A stretch of DNA of 56,626 nt, filler included, from Asterionella formosa (taxonomy: Eukaryota), in assembly GCA_002256025.1 (NCBI GenBank). It is 6 parts of 6 records of this genome, joined end to end, with 100 filler letters (N's around TTAATTAATTAA, not from the genome) between each part and the next. Parts side by side here need not be neighbours in the genome. Positions count along the whole stretch, not along the records: positions 37,846 to 47,188 come from NKIB01010770.1; positions 47,289 to 56,626 come from NKIB01010781.1; 4 more parts are not named here. One strand, given 5' to 3'. The notes below the pieces were generated by a model. That model saw only the letters and a program-made list of their open reading frames with translations. It was not told where the DNA came from and did no database searches. The translations under genes were made by a program, and so were the position numbers. Shown piece by piece: positions 43,659 through 56,626 of this stretch (positions are counted from its first letter, which is position 1; each line of letters begins with the position of its first letter).

Positions 43659-46472
43659 TCAGTATCGATCTGCGGAGTTATGAGATGAGAAAACACTTAA
43701 TGAGTTTCAAGGTAGTGATCACAGTGATGCATATACAATTCATGACTTACATCTGATATTGTCCCACATATCGCATGTGCAATCTCGTTCAATCAGTCTG
43801 CTTTCTGGTGGCCACTTGAAGTTTATGAACTCTGGGAAAAAATCCTTGTCCACCCAGGTTTGTTGGTAGTTCCACTTGTCGTCGCCACCACCCATGCCAG
43901 TACCCAAGACCCCAAATTCCTGAGCAACTCGCATCACTTCTTGTTCTATACTACTCAGCGATTCTTTTGGTTTGTCGTGGTCCCAGTGAAGCGAGCTTCG
44001 AAAGAGAAAACGGCTCGAAAGAAATGCCTTGTCCACATCATTCTCCTGTGTACGGTGAGCCACTCGTCGAAGCTCTGTTCTAAACATATCTTCGTCGGCA
44101 ACATCCAGACTCAGAGCTGCAAGAGCTCGCTTCCGATATAGCTGCTCTTCCCTGTTATGGGGCCAGATGGACTCCTCTGTGTCACTTTTTCGTTCAAGCT
44201 CATATTGGTCAATGTCAAATATCCATTGCGTGTCATCAGGGGTGAATTCGTTCTTCATGTTGGGGTCTGTCCCAGAATTTGCGTTGAATCTCCATGCTCG
44301 CCACACTTCTCTGCTGCTGTCGTAGTTTGGGTTCCCACCCTTTGCAAATGCGGCCCACCTTTCGGACATGTCGCTGGCAAGCTCCTCATCGGCGTCCTCC
44401 TTAAAATAATCTCCAAAGAAATGGGTCAAGATTCGGTTGAACGTATAAGTTGAGTTTTGCTCTGTACTTCCCTCATAGCTATTTGTGTCATTCATCCAAG
44501 TGTCAGACTCGTACGCCAGTAATGCTCCACGGTACGCTGCCAAGATATCCGAATAGGGATACTCGGGTGCTGCCGGTGCATCTGCTTGAGCAATTGGTCC
44601 TAATGTGGAGTAGCTTGAACGGATCGAGTCCATTGCTTGGAACGGATACGGGAGTTCTGCAGTGTGGCAAGACTTGCCCCAACATGCCTTGTATCCTGGA
44701 ATATGAGTAGGCTGGCTGAATCGGTAGACATAGACGTTGTTTTTGTGTTTCCCTCCCTTGGCTCGATTCAAGCTAATTAAGTGAGCGTAGTGCCATGTTG
44801 GACATCGAAAAAGGTAGTCGTCAATTATTCTGCTCATGACAGGACGATAGTCAACCACAACTTTGGCTGCTTCTTTCAGTGCCCGTTGCTTCTTTCTTTC
44901 AATTCTTCGTTCATTGCGAAGCCTTGCTTTTTCTGCTGCATTTTCTGCTGCCTCTTCACGTGGCAAGCGTTCTGGAAATGGCCAGAGTCGGTTTCTCCAC
45001 GTAGAATTCGCACCAAGCAGAAACTCACCAACATGCTGGTCTCCTCCTCGACTCCATGTCTCTACCAGAGCTTGTACACCGTCTTTTGCCCATGCCGCAC
45101 TCTTGCGAGTTGCATTCATCGCCAACAGCAGCTCGTATTCTTGATCTAGTTGTTCTTTGTGTTCCCGGTAGAACTGGTGGTTTTCTTCCTCTTCAATTTG
45201 TTTCTTCGCCAGTTCTTGAGCTTCTTCCTCTATCTCGTCTACATAGCCTCGGTAATGCTTAAGCACTCTACTTGCCGAGTCTCGAAACAGAGCTCCAACA
45301 AACATCCAATATACCGCTTTTGGCATTGGTGCTGGGAAAGCACTGTAGACAAAAATCTCACCTTCGTGCTGATTGGATCCAATCATAACATTCATGTCAT
45401 CAGGAATGTGATCGAGCCCTTTGAGAGGTTGACTTACATTGACTGACGCCCATTTCGAATCTTGCTGATTTTCTCGGTTCAGAAATGTCATTCGATGTTG
45501 TTCGCGAGAGAATTTAGGTCCTGATGCTTTAAGTGTTACTGTTGTGTGTTGGGTCAAGGTCGGGGCCCACGTAAAGAAATCACCGACACTTCTTGGGACA
45601 CCCATGAGTGAAGATTGCGCTTTCAGTATATCTTCTACTCGCTCGGATCGTAAACAGGCTAAATCTCGACAGTCCACTACTGTCTTTAGTGCTTCACCAA
45701 TAAAATCTGCTATAGTCGGTGATCGAAAGGTATATCCTAAGGCGTTGGATTGCATAATGACGCGATGAAATAAGGTCCCTGCTCCTTCCATCATTAGATG
45801 CAGCGAAATCATGATAGCTCCAGCCGACTCGCCCATGAGCGTAATTTGTCCTGGGTCGCCTCCAAAAACTCTAATATTTGATTGGATCCAATCCAGTGCA
45901 GCCCGTTGATCCATGAGTCCAAAGTTCCCATAAATATTATCCGACGAGCTAACAAGGAATCCAAGGGCTCCCAATCGATAATTGAGCGTTACAACTACCA
46001 AATCTCGCTCTGCTAACCGCCGACCATCGTATTCCGGTCGGTTGCCACCACCCTGTTGAAACGCCCCGCCGTGAAACCAAACTAGAACTGGCAATGGCTT
46101 CTTCGAATGTACTTGTCCAGCAGGTGTGAAAATGTTCAACGTCAAGCAGTCTTCTGACATTTGATTTGGTGACGGATTTAGAACAGGATCTTTGATTTGC
46201 CAGCAATCGGCTCCGTAAGTTGAAGCATCTAATATTGCAGGTGCCCATGGGGGAGGTGGTTCCGGCGGAGCGAACCTCAAATTTCCGACAGGAGGAGCTG
46301 CAAACGGTATGTTTCCAAAGAAGTCTAGGCCTTCCTTTCGAACCCCCGAAATCTTGCCATAGCTTGGAATGCTGACAATCACGGGCCGATGATCCGTCTC
46401 GTCGACACTTCGCGTGAGGGGAATAGAACTGAGAAAGAGATATGAAAGAAAGATGTGTATCCTGCTTCTCAT
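43659..46472 (-). CDS. Carboxylesterase type B (cholinesterase-like) with a signal peptide (exons 46472-43751, 43669-43659)
   Basis: Motifs IPFAAPPVGNLRF, SEDCLTLNI, HGGAF, NYRLG, catalytic GESAG, NQHEG and CHTAEL. A terminal GTAAGT..CAG intron gives the ending NIRYRY*. Confidence 0.94.
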
Positions 46473-47188
46473 TATCTGCCTTTGCTGCCTCGTTTCAGCT
46501 AACTATTAGAGAAGCGAGGGAGGAGAGCAATAAGCTGGGATGTGCACACACACGTTTCTTGGAATTCATAAAGGGATTTTTGTTTGGGGTGGTTCAGAGT
46601 TCACACAGTTCCACCCGTCGCTGTGGAAGAACCTGGTGCGGTACCTGCTAGCTGGTGAGTACCTGGTACGGTACCAGGTACCAGGTACCCTGGTACCACC
46701 CCTGCTTTCCATCATTACGGTTTGTAATCGAAAATACTTCTTCTATTGTACTGCAATCCTACGCACTGGGCTTGGTCTGATAATAATAAAATATTGCTCC
46801 GCCCCTCTGCATGGTCATTTGTACTTCGTTGTGCGCTAACTGGCTTGGCCGAACAGATGATGAAGCGAAAGCACTGATAATTCTCTGGCTGACAACCCCT
46901 TCTATTAAAAAATTATTCTGAATCAAGTGATGTATGGAAGTTATATGTTTAAAGTGTTCTAAAAATAAGAGAAACCTGACCTCGATTTATTTTCTTCGGC
47001 ACCTTTCTCGTAGAATTGTGCACTGATTGGAATGTTTGTTCCAGACCCCCCCTTCAGTGACCCTTTGCTAACCAGTAGGCATACATGAAGGATTTGACAC
47101 CAGAACAGCGTCAATTCATTGTTGATTGCTCGCTTTGCAACCTCAAAAAGGGATGATGATGGAAATGCTAAATTATGGATGGCTGGCT

Positions 47189-47288
47189 NNNNNNNNNNNN
47201 NNNNNNNNNNNNNNNNNNNNNNNNNNNNNNNNTTAATTAATTAANNNNNNNNNNNNNNNNNNNNNNNNNNNNNNNNNNNNNNNNNNNN
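47189..47288. other. Artificial contig-joining spacer
   Basis: N44-TTAATTAATTAA-N44. Confidence 0.98.
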
Positions 47289-49389
47289 CAATGATTTTTT
47301 GTACTGTTTGGTGTTGCAGCTGATGCAATGCCCAGCAATTTTCCGGCAGACATTATATCAACAAGTACAGGCTTGTCTCACCCTCCACCAGTGGTCAATT
47401 GATTGAACCTATCCACTGAAAAACTTCATATGCCTAGATTCCACCAGAGAGAGCAGCTGACATCTCCAGACACTTCATTAACCCTCCGGAAATTGATTCC
47501 TTTACCTCTGAAGGTAACAGTAAAATTCAATATTCACATAGCGTTATCTTTGTTTGCAAAGTTTGCAGTGGTAGAAAATGATGGAGCATCTGAAGTCCAT
47601 GTTGCCGGAAAGCTGCATGGTAAAACTCAATCAAAAGATGCATTCAAGAATAGCCCTCTTTCATAGCGATCTGATTGGGAACAGATGCTTGTGCAATGTC
47701 AGGAATCTCTGCACATTGCACATCAGGATGAGCCCCCATGGCAGTACTACAAATGTTGGAACAATGCTGTTCAGCATTCCTTATCCATCATTTTTTTCAT
47801 GCTCCTATAGTTTGGTAAGCCCCACGGCAGATTCAATTGAAGAAAATTCAGCTGTGCAATGTTGAACCCGGTTTCAGGTTTAATTTGGGCCAGAGATTCA
47901 AAATAGTATCATGTCCTCCTCTGTCCTTTTAGGATTCAGAGCAGCCGCCATGCGATGATGAGAAGTCACAAAACCGCTTTGTATGTCATAATTATCAACC
48001 AATTTTCATCGATTGACAGGCCTGAAAACCTTTGTGTCATCGTCTGCAAGGGAAAGGTTCATGTTTGCAATCTTGTGGAGCATCTATAGCAAAGTGCCAA
48101 AAAGGCCAACGTTTCTTGCATTTTTATTTGAATGTGCATTCAAAAAGATACAACAAAGGATAACATGAAGACGACGTGGTTGCGTAGCAACAACGCTACG
48201 ACGAGGAGGTGTGGCTCTCACAGCAGTCACTTTTGAAAAAGTTCTGCAAAGCCAAGGCTCATCGCACTCCTGCTAAAAAGAATCCACAATGACAAATGAT
48301 ACAAGGCGTGAATTTATGCCTCGAGCATGAGCATGAGCATGAGCACGATCACGATGATGACGACTTCGGAGCAGGAGGAATGGATTGGGATGATTGTTTT
48401 GCTATTTTAATGGAAGATAGGATTACTACAATATTGGATTTACCATACCGGTGCCTCTACTGTAGTACCACCGGTAAGACTATAATGATGGTGAACGACA
48501 ATCTGGTTTATACTGATGTTCATCACTGAATAATAGTGTAAAGTGTTTCTGACTTGGTACCGGTATACAATAACCAGGTTATTAATACTGCTTTACTATA
48601 ATAACCGTCGTTATTTGTCATCAAGTCTGACTTGGTGGCGTCAGACTTTGGACTCAAGTCCAGACTTGGAACCGTATAAATAACTGTTACTACTATTCGG
48701 GGGTTCGGGAGGCACTCATGATTATCACATACTCTACTACCAGTATATAGCAGTAATTGTGTACATGATAAACTATTGCATTACCGGTACATACCTGGTA
48801 CCATGTAAACATAGATGTTGCATTTATGACTATATTTAACCCCCTACTCAAGATTCCATAGAAATATGGACCACAACAATTAGTGCCTAAATGAAATTCA
48901 CTACAAAATTGACGTAGAGGAATTTGTTGCATCTTGAAAATGTTGTACCCTCTCCGAGAATACTGTCGCTCAAGTTTTCTCATCTATTTCTACAAAACAT
49001 AGAAAACCTTATCTAGTCAAAGTTATCAAGATAATCATCACGGACTCAATACTGTTGCGTTTTTGGTCACATCTTCAAAACTAAGCAAATGATGACCAGA
49101 AACAACTTTCGGCATCGATTTTAACTTTTTGTTGTCAATACTAGTGCAAAAATTTTGTTATTCCACGATAATCTTGTCTATGTCAGTCTACATACACGTG
49201 CGAAATAGGAAATGTTCATTGTCAATATTCGTGAAGATATTCAAACCCATAATTTCGTCATGGTCAATATGGAGTTGCTGTCACTTGAACAAGAAGTTGT
49301 AGATTAACCTGAAAGGAGTTCGACTTATTGAAAAACAGTTTATATATCTTGATATATATACTCAGCAGTGTAGGTGCTAGGCAGTGGAT

Positions 49390-49673
49390 TGAAAGATCAA
49401 GGTGCATTTAGGAGAATGTTGTAGGATAGATCTGACTCTATTGGTATTTCCAAATATAGTGAGCTTATAGAATTATTTTTTAGCAAACCAAACAAACAAA
49501 AGTAAGTCATATATGAGTAAATCAACTCATGTTCATGACAAGACTCAAAGATTGATTAATGTATGAGTAAAGATTGACTCATGTTCATGACTAGACCCAA
49601 AAAGGTCATGACTGGACTAATTTGGAGACACAAACAAGATTCATTTGACTTCTCTGTTTCAACTCTCCCCCTC
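49390..49673 (-). repeat. Polypurine tract (49663-49673) and putative 3' LTR (~49390-49661) of the copia element
   Basis: The minus strand reads GAGGGGGAGAG then TGAAA right after the pol stop. Candidate termini are TGAAA/TTTCA, with an internal ~50-bp duplication at 49512-49600. The distal boundary is uncertain. Confidence 0.6.
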
Positions 49674-52600
49674 AGCAGAGCAAACAGTCACCAACCACAT
49701 AACTGCTTGCATATAACTGTGAATTTGTCAGCCACAAGACCTTTTGTAAAGATATCAGCAAGGTTGGCTACAGTATCCACCTTGACAATTTGAAGAACTG
49801 CAGAAAGGACTTATTCACAAAACCAATGATAAGCTACAGCAATATGCTTAGTATGAGGAGTCATCTTTGGCATAGTAGCTTGGGACAGGCATGCACTATT
49901 TTCTTCATAGACCTTTGAAAAAAGATCTAACAGCTGAACCTTTACCAATGTATAGGGCTGTTGATGCTTCTTCAATGATATGATGGAGAGGAATGAGGTC
50001 CCGACAACTGGCAGAAAGAGCCTGATATTCTGCTTCCATTGTAGATAGTGCTGGGGTAGTTTGTAATTTTGACACCCAGAGGAAGGGAAATTCAGCAAGG
50101 GCAATGTCATAGCCAGTTCGAGAGCAAGAACAGACTGGATCAGTAGAGTCTTCTGAGCCAAAGAGCCCAACAAAGTCGCTGTCACAAAAACATTCAATAA
50201 CAAAGGCATCAGGAGTAGGAGTAAAAATAATTCCTTGATCTAAACTGCCTTTAAGATACCAACAAATTTTCTTTACTGCTATTTCGTGAGTAGCACAAGG
50301 ACAATGAGAAAAGCGAGCACACTGATGAACAGCAAAAGTAATGTCAGGACGAGAATTAGAGGCCAAGTAAAGTAGCATCCCCACTACAGACCAGTAGTTC
50401 CATGCTTCAATTGTAAGCAGACCATCCTTATCTGTTCCTAGAGTCTCCTTATTGGCTGGAGTAGAGCTAGCCTGACAGCCTTCGAGGCCAGTAGCTTGCA
50501 GAGGAACACGCTTAATCAGACCCTCTTGCGTAAGTTTAAGTGAACCGTTTTCAGTTGATTTGCTAATTTGGATGCCCAGAAAAGCAGCTAGATCTCCCTC
50601 TTGAGTCAATTCTAGGTCAATAGCCAAATTTTCAATCATAGCATTAATCTTGGTTCTAGCATGACCAATGAGAATCGAATCATCCACATATACCAGGTAG
50701 ACCATGTCAGCGTGAATAAAAAGGCATGGGTCTAACAATGACTGTGTGAAACCCCGTTGCTCGAGACATTCCTTCAACTTTAGGAACCAAGTCCTAGGTG
50801 CCTGTTTTGTTCCATACAATGATTTATTTAACCGAAGTACCATACCTCTCCCCCTGGGATCACCAAAATCTTTGGGCATTTCAACAAATACCTCTTCATC
50901 AATGTCTGCTTGACAGAAGGCATTACTTGCAAGGTTTAACACAATGGACATCACCAGTAAAGCACAAACAGTGGACCATTGGACAGCCGGAGCATATGTC
51001 TCAAAGAAGTCCACTCCTTCAACTTGCAGATCTCCGCATACACAAAACCGAGCCTTGCATTTATGTAAGCTGCCATCTGGAAACAACTTACGTTTGAAAG
51101 CCCAAATACCAGGTAATATATATTTTACCCTGAACTGATAGATGTGTCACTAAAGTCCAGGCTTTCTTTGATGTGAGAGCAACAATCTCGGTGACCATTG
51201 CAGCTTTAAAAGATTCATGATCAATGCTAGCCATAGTTTCATGGTATCTAGGATTATCTGGGTCATTTCGATGTGCCATTGCAGCATAGACAAGTGGGTT
51301 AGAACACTCCAAGAGACCTGTTGTTGGATCTGTCGTAACAGCAGCCAGGTATGCCGACTCAGAGTCAAAGCCATGGCTGTCACATAGGCAAGGTGGCCTT
51401 CAGGGACATAACGAGTACCAAACACGCCAAAGTTTGTCCTGATACTATGGCGAGGTGTAGAAATTGCAGTTGGTTTCATGCTAATAGAAGTTGTGTGAAC
51501 AGGTGGAGTTGGAGGTACCTGTAAATTTGAGGTAAAAATAGTGGGCAGATCATAGGCAGGAATTGCTGGTTCAGTAGAATGAACAGCCATAGGAATATCC
51601 TGAACATCAACTGGGAGGATATAGGTAGTAGGGGGACCACTCTGAACAACCACAGCAGAGCCAGAGGTAGATGTACTAACAGCAGGCTCTTTATGGGCTG
51701 AAGGAGCCACCACAGTAGGCAGGGGAACCAGAGGAAAGTCCCTCTTATTTGTTGGCAATTCATCCTTAGGTATATTCATATGAGGTAAGATTTTTGCTTG
51801 TATCTGTTTGTGATGTTGAAAGACATTTTGTTCACTGGAAGTTAACCAATCACCATGTAAGGAAACTTGTTCGTGTTCATCAAATTCAGTATGAAACCGG
51901 GATTCATGAAATAACTTTTCCCAGTGACCTGGAGGATCATCAGAATCAGAGATGGACATAACAATGGTAAAGTAGTCATCATAAACCACGTGAAACTTAG
52001 GTGATATGGTACCTGTTTTTAGGTTCAGTACTAGGGGGACATTGCTACTATGAGAAGGAGAGATTCCTATAAAAATCGCACAACGAGATTTAGGTTGCCA
52101 ACAAGGGAGTTTATGACCATTCTGTAAAGTGGGGTCCAGTACATAACAAGGGCAACCCCAGACATGAAAATCTTTAATTCCATGATGAGGTACAATGGTA
52201 CTTGTGAAAATATCAAGGGGGGATTGACCAGATTTTGGGTTCGGCATATGGTTGTATATATGGACATCATAGTCAACAGCCATGGGCCAGAGGGAAGTAT
52301 CAGCAGTTTCTGGCCATCGTAGGGAGGCATGGAGCATCATTACTCTAGCCATGTTTGAGACTGTATGAATGCTACTTTCAGCAGTACCATTTTGATGATG
52401 AGCTCCAACCTCCCAATATTTCACAATTTGACCTTTGGCAGAAATTTCACTGGTAAATTCGCGAGCGCCAAAAATGCCATTATCAGTAGTATATTTTTGA
52501 ACTAAGACAACTTGATTGTATGCCGAATTTTCGAAATGCATTTTCGAATGAATGGTCTCTTCTGAAGTAAAGCTGATTCGATGAATAACATAAAGTAGTC

Positions 52601-55400
52601 CAGATGCATGGTCAACAAAAATAGAACCAGCTTGGCCTTTATAAGTTGAGGCAAGTTGTGATTTACCTCGGGAGGTGTATAAACGACCTGGCACCTTTGA
52701 TTCAAAATGATCCACTGAGACACCTGAACCTGGGAATAAATCATTAAATTTTGAAACTCCCTCCCTCTCAAGTGAAGGTGTAGAGAGGTTACATGCAAGA
52801 GGACGACGATGGGCCTTGCCATATTCAGAAGCTGCACATTTGGGTGGAGTGCAACAGGCAGCAGCACAGACCTTATGACTTTTGCCAAAAGAAGGTTGAC
52901 AAAGAAGCCATTGAATAATAATAGAATTAAGATGTCCAAGACGAAAATGTCATCAAAGATATTCCTTTTGAGCCTCTGTGAGATTTTGGTTTACCTCCTC
53001 TTTGACACACAAGTTAACTTGAGGGGAAGACACGCCATGATGTAGGAGGATAGCTTCGCTGGTTGGTAGCCCATTTATAGGGTCATAGGGAACAGTGAGA
53101 ATGGGCGAGTCATCAAGTAAGAGTTGGGCATGTGCTGAAGAGATCACAAAAGTACCACGGACATTTTCAGTAGGACAAAAGATTTTCTGGGGAGAACAAA
53201 GCAAGCGTTGTTTGCAGGTAGGGACATAAAAGGCCTTTAAATGAAGAGTAAGGAGGGTGCCATTATCAGAATAGAAAGACCATTTGACAGTTCCAAGTCC
53301 TTCCACAACCATACCAGAGGCGATGCCGCCAAGTAACAAAGGAGTAGAGGGAATAATCATTGGGCCAATAAAGTCAACAGAGTACCCACTGACAGGACAA
53401 GTGACACCAGTGTCCCAGATGACAGAAAAACTTGCAGTGATGTAATTGGAATCAAGGAATGCCAAGGAAGGTCCTTCATTGATGAGAAAGACACTTGGGC
53501 AGTCATAATGTGTCATTGATTCAGAGTGGGAGCACAAACAGTGGGCAGTAGGAGGCTGAGGAAGAACCAAACCAGATGAGGCAAGAGAGGAGTGGTGAAA
53601 GTGTAAGTCCAAGTCCGATGGAGACATTGGATTGACAACACTATTGGAATGGATGCCAAAGCTAAACAAAAAAATTATCTTCCTCAAGGGAATGATCATG
53701 ATGAGTTAAGTCAGGAGGTTTACTTAGTGAAGGTAGGATATAAGCTTCGTCTTTCTCAAGGGAAAGATCAGGATGAGGTAAGTCAGGAGGTTTACTGAGC
53801 AAAGGTACTAGGACATGAGCAGTTTTGTATGTAGAGACAAAAACTGCTTGTGTAGGCCTGGAGCTATGTTTTTCTCTAGGACGATGGCCAACAGAAACAC
53901 ATTTCTGTTGGCAGGTTTGTCAGGTTGGGACCACAGTATCAGGAGTTGCAGAAAAAATTTGACAAGGAAAGGCTGTCACAGGGATAGTAGCAATTGAAGA
54001 CCAATCGAAATCATGGTCACAGCAAGAAGCAACAAAACCAGCAGGATTGTACATCAAAACACCATCTTCTGCTGGAGACTCCTTGGCAACTCTAGCTAGG
54101 TTGGCAGCAGCAGTAAAGGGAACAGTTTTGGGACTCCTTTTGTGAGTCTCAGTGCCATGAGTAGTAGACCGACGCCCTTCCCCGTCACAGCATTTGTTGC
54201 ACCAATGCCACTGGCAACCATCTTTGGACATAGAAAACTTTCCATCAGTAGGAGGAATGTTTCGCCAAGAGATCTCAGGGTAAGTGGTTGTCTTGTCAGG
54301 AAAGTTAGGACAAAGATGACCAATTTTGCCACACTTGTAGCAAGTAGTCTCTGAGGTCTTGGCCAGCCCCACTGGGCTTGGTCTCAAAATCTTTGCGGAA
54401 GGGCTTTAAGTTCATCAGCAAGGGCTTGTTGAAAAGCAGTAGGAAAAACTGTAGCCTGGAATGCATCTGGTAGGGAATCTGACTGCTTCTTGGGAACATT
54501 TTGGGAAGGTGGCCATCGTCCATTGTCAATGAGACTTTTGTACTGAGTGAGTGCCATATCAAGAAGTGTCTTGACACCACTTGGTGTAGCTTGGAATTCG
54601 AGGGCCGCATTATCTTTGCCCATGAGATCCCGCTCTTCAGTATCAATCTTGACAGAGGTTGTATAGAATACAGCACGAGATTCCTCAACTTGACAGAGTA
54701 AGAGCTTGGTAGCAACAATGCTGGAGGCAGTGATAGGAAGACACTGTCCACTCTTTAGTAAGTTAAATGAAGCTTGGATATCATGGACCATGAGGCAGAC
54801 ATTTTCGCCAGGGTAATCAGAAAGTTGGATTTTCTTAAAATTTTCCAAGATGCTATCCATGGTCTGAGGTGAACCAGAGGTGACTTCATCCATTAAGGCC
54901 ATCCAGAGGAGGAGGCCTGGAACACGATTGCCATAATCTTCAAGACGTCCAAGGAGACCTGTTAGGAGGTTTGGGGAAATGTAGGATACAATCAGACGCC
55001 AGAGGTGGGAAGAATCATCCAATGCCTGATCATCAAAAATCTGAAGTGACTTGTTGGTGAGAGAATCAGCTGTGGGATTTCCAGTTTTAGTGTCAATGTC
55101 TGGTGTGAATATCTCAAGACCAATACAGTGATCAACATATTTCTTTGTCTTGTCAAAAGTAAGTCAAGTATGGTGTGTGGTCATACACCAAACTTTACCA
55201 GAACTGTCAGGAGCATAGAGGAAAGTATCCACACCACCAGTCTCTGCATCATTGTAAAAAAGAGTGCAGAGCTGAGCAAGAGTGAGATTGTTGATAGGGT
55301 CACCATTGGGGCCATTGTATACCTTTTCATGTTTTTGAGTAAAAAATTCAAATGCAGTTTTCGTCTGCCAATAGAAACTATCATATTTCCATGATGCATC
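49390..55400 (-). mobile_element. Degenerate, 5'-truncated Ty1/copia LTR retrotransposon (CoDi-like)
   Basis: Domain order gag (zinc knuckle CYKCGKIGHLC), protease (IWDTG), integrase (FVDHAS, TDNG, HHQNG.AE), RT (KARFCV.GD, LYG.KQAPRTW, YVDD), RNase H (CDSDF, STMEAEY, TKHIAV.YHW, DIFTKGL). Broken by frameshifts and stops. No 5' LTR found. Confidence 0.95.
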
Positions 55401-56109
55401 ATCGGATTGTGATCATCTGATCATAATTTTTCGTTATATCATCTAATAATTTTGATAAATGCCTTTGTAATTAAAATAGTAACCCTTTTGACTACATTTA
55501 TTCAATTATTATATGTATTGTTTCTATTTGATTCCTGTATTCGAATTTCTTGGTAGGATAATGTACCAGCTCAAGTAATGTAATTTGGCTCGTCATTTCC
55601 ATCCGCCCCTCATCACTCCGATTTTTGCAACAACAACGAAATACTAGCGATGACAAGCGGAATGAATGTTTGCGATAATATCTTCGATTTGTTGGTCAAG
55701 TGATCTTAATATCTTCGAGTAATTGTCATGTGCAGTGTACCTTTGTTCATTATCATTCAATTAAGAGTTTACAGGAGAGAAGAAATCATAAGATTTCGAA
55801 CTCGTAATGGTTCCGCACACAGCGCACAAAGTATATCCGTTTCGTCCACTTCAGCATGACCATCTTGCCAATCAACCCGTAAACAAACACATTCTACTTG
55901 TTCTCCTTGACATTTTCAATTCTCACATGATACTAAATCTACTATTGAGATTCTTCATAGAAGGAGATACGAAAATGTTCGTAACAGACAACTGTTCACA
56001 AAGCTATAGTTATAGAATGAATCTAATTTGAATGCATTTCATTTTCATATCACTCGTTTCTGCATCTGGCATAGTACTGTACTTGAATTAACCATTGAAC
56101 TTGTCTGTA

Positions 56110-56455
56110 TTGTCATTTGCTTGTTGGAACTGTCCGTTGCCTCAAACCTGCTTAGCGTGTGCATACACACACTGTCGACTTGTTTTCATTGGTAAGTTGT
56201 TCTTGTATTCACTGCTGAACTTGTCCGCTTCTTTGTTACCATCAATAGAGTGACAAGTGGGTCTCTTCATTGTTGTTTGCTTCTGGAAAAGTCGGTGTCC
56301 ATGTCATCCTCATCAGTAAAGTGGCAAGTTCTTTTTATCCTTGCGGTTTGCCACTGGAAAAATTTGTACTCGTGGTATCGTCATTTGCTCGTTGGAACCA
56401 CTGTCGGTTGCCTCAAGCCTGATTAACGTGTGTGTATGTGCACTGTCGACTTTTG
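56110..56455 (+). repeat. Two diverged direct copies of a ~75-bp unit (~56110-56185 and ~56378-56455)
   Basis: Both read gtcatttgct.gttggaac..ctgtc.gttgcctcaa.cctg.tta.cgtgtg..cactgtcgactt. Confidence 0.7.
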
Positions 56456-56626
56456 TAGATTACAGGCGGAGTGACTTAGCTACTAAATTGCGTGATATTA
56501 TAATATACCCTGTAGCACGATGCAGAATACAGTTGCTTCCCAATCATCTCATCATGATTGATAAGATGATACTGTGATATCATGATAAGGTTACATCGAT
56601 GCATACATCACCAAAGTATGATACGT

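Noticed and set aside
47289..48250. Possible pseudogene remnant on the minus strand
   Set aside because: Protein-like fragments are interrupted by stops and cannot be assigned without a search.
48622..48670. Short inverted repeats aagtctgac/gtcagactt
   Set aside because: A 9-bp stem, single occurrence, with no supporting context.

Overview
Eukaryotic sequence, most likely a diatom (inferred from short GT-AG introns, signal-peptide+Phe bipartite plastid presequences and a CoDi-like Ty1/copia element). The window is not one locus. It is six contigs of about 9.3-9.4 kb, in decreasing length order, joined by artificial 100-nt N44-TTAATTAATTAA-N44 spacers, so adjacency across spacers means nothing. 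Recognisable genes: SDA1, STT3 with an ankyrin-like tail, a partial TruD/PUS7, an extended SDR, an ER thioredoxin/PDI, a UBE3B/C-like HECT ligase, a spliced bactofilin with a plastid-type presequence, an HSF, an SGNH/NXPE-like protein, NOP14 with a Tudor-like insertion, a partial DOT1-like methyltransferase, a radical SAM enzyme and a type-B carboxylesterase. There are also several orphan genes and a decayed Ty1/copia element. The two most striking observations are (1) a ~183-nt non-coding rod hairpin at 17171-17353 with five in-register CGAG/CGAG tandem G.A modules, part of a dispersed repeat family, and (2) the putative plastid-targeted bactofilin. All family calls come from motif recognition by eye; no database search was run.
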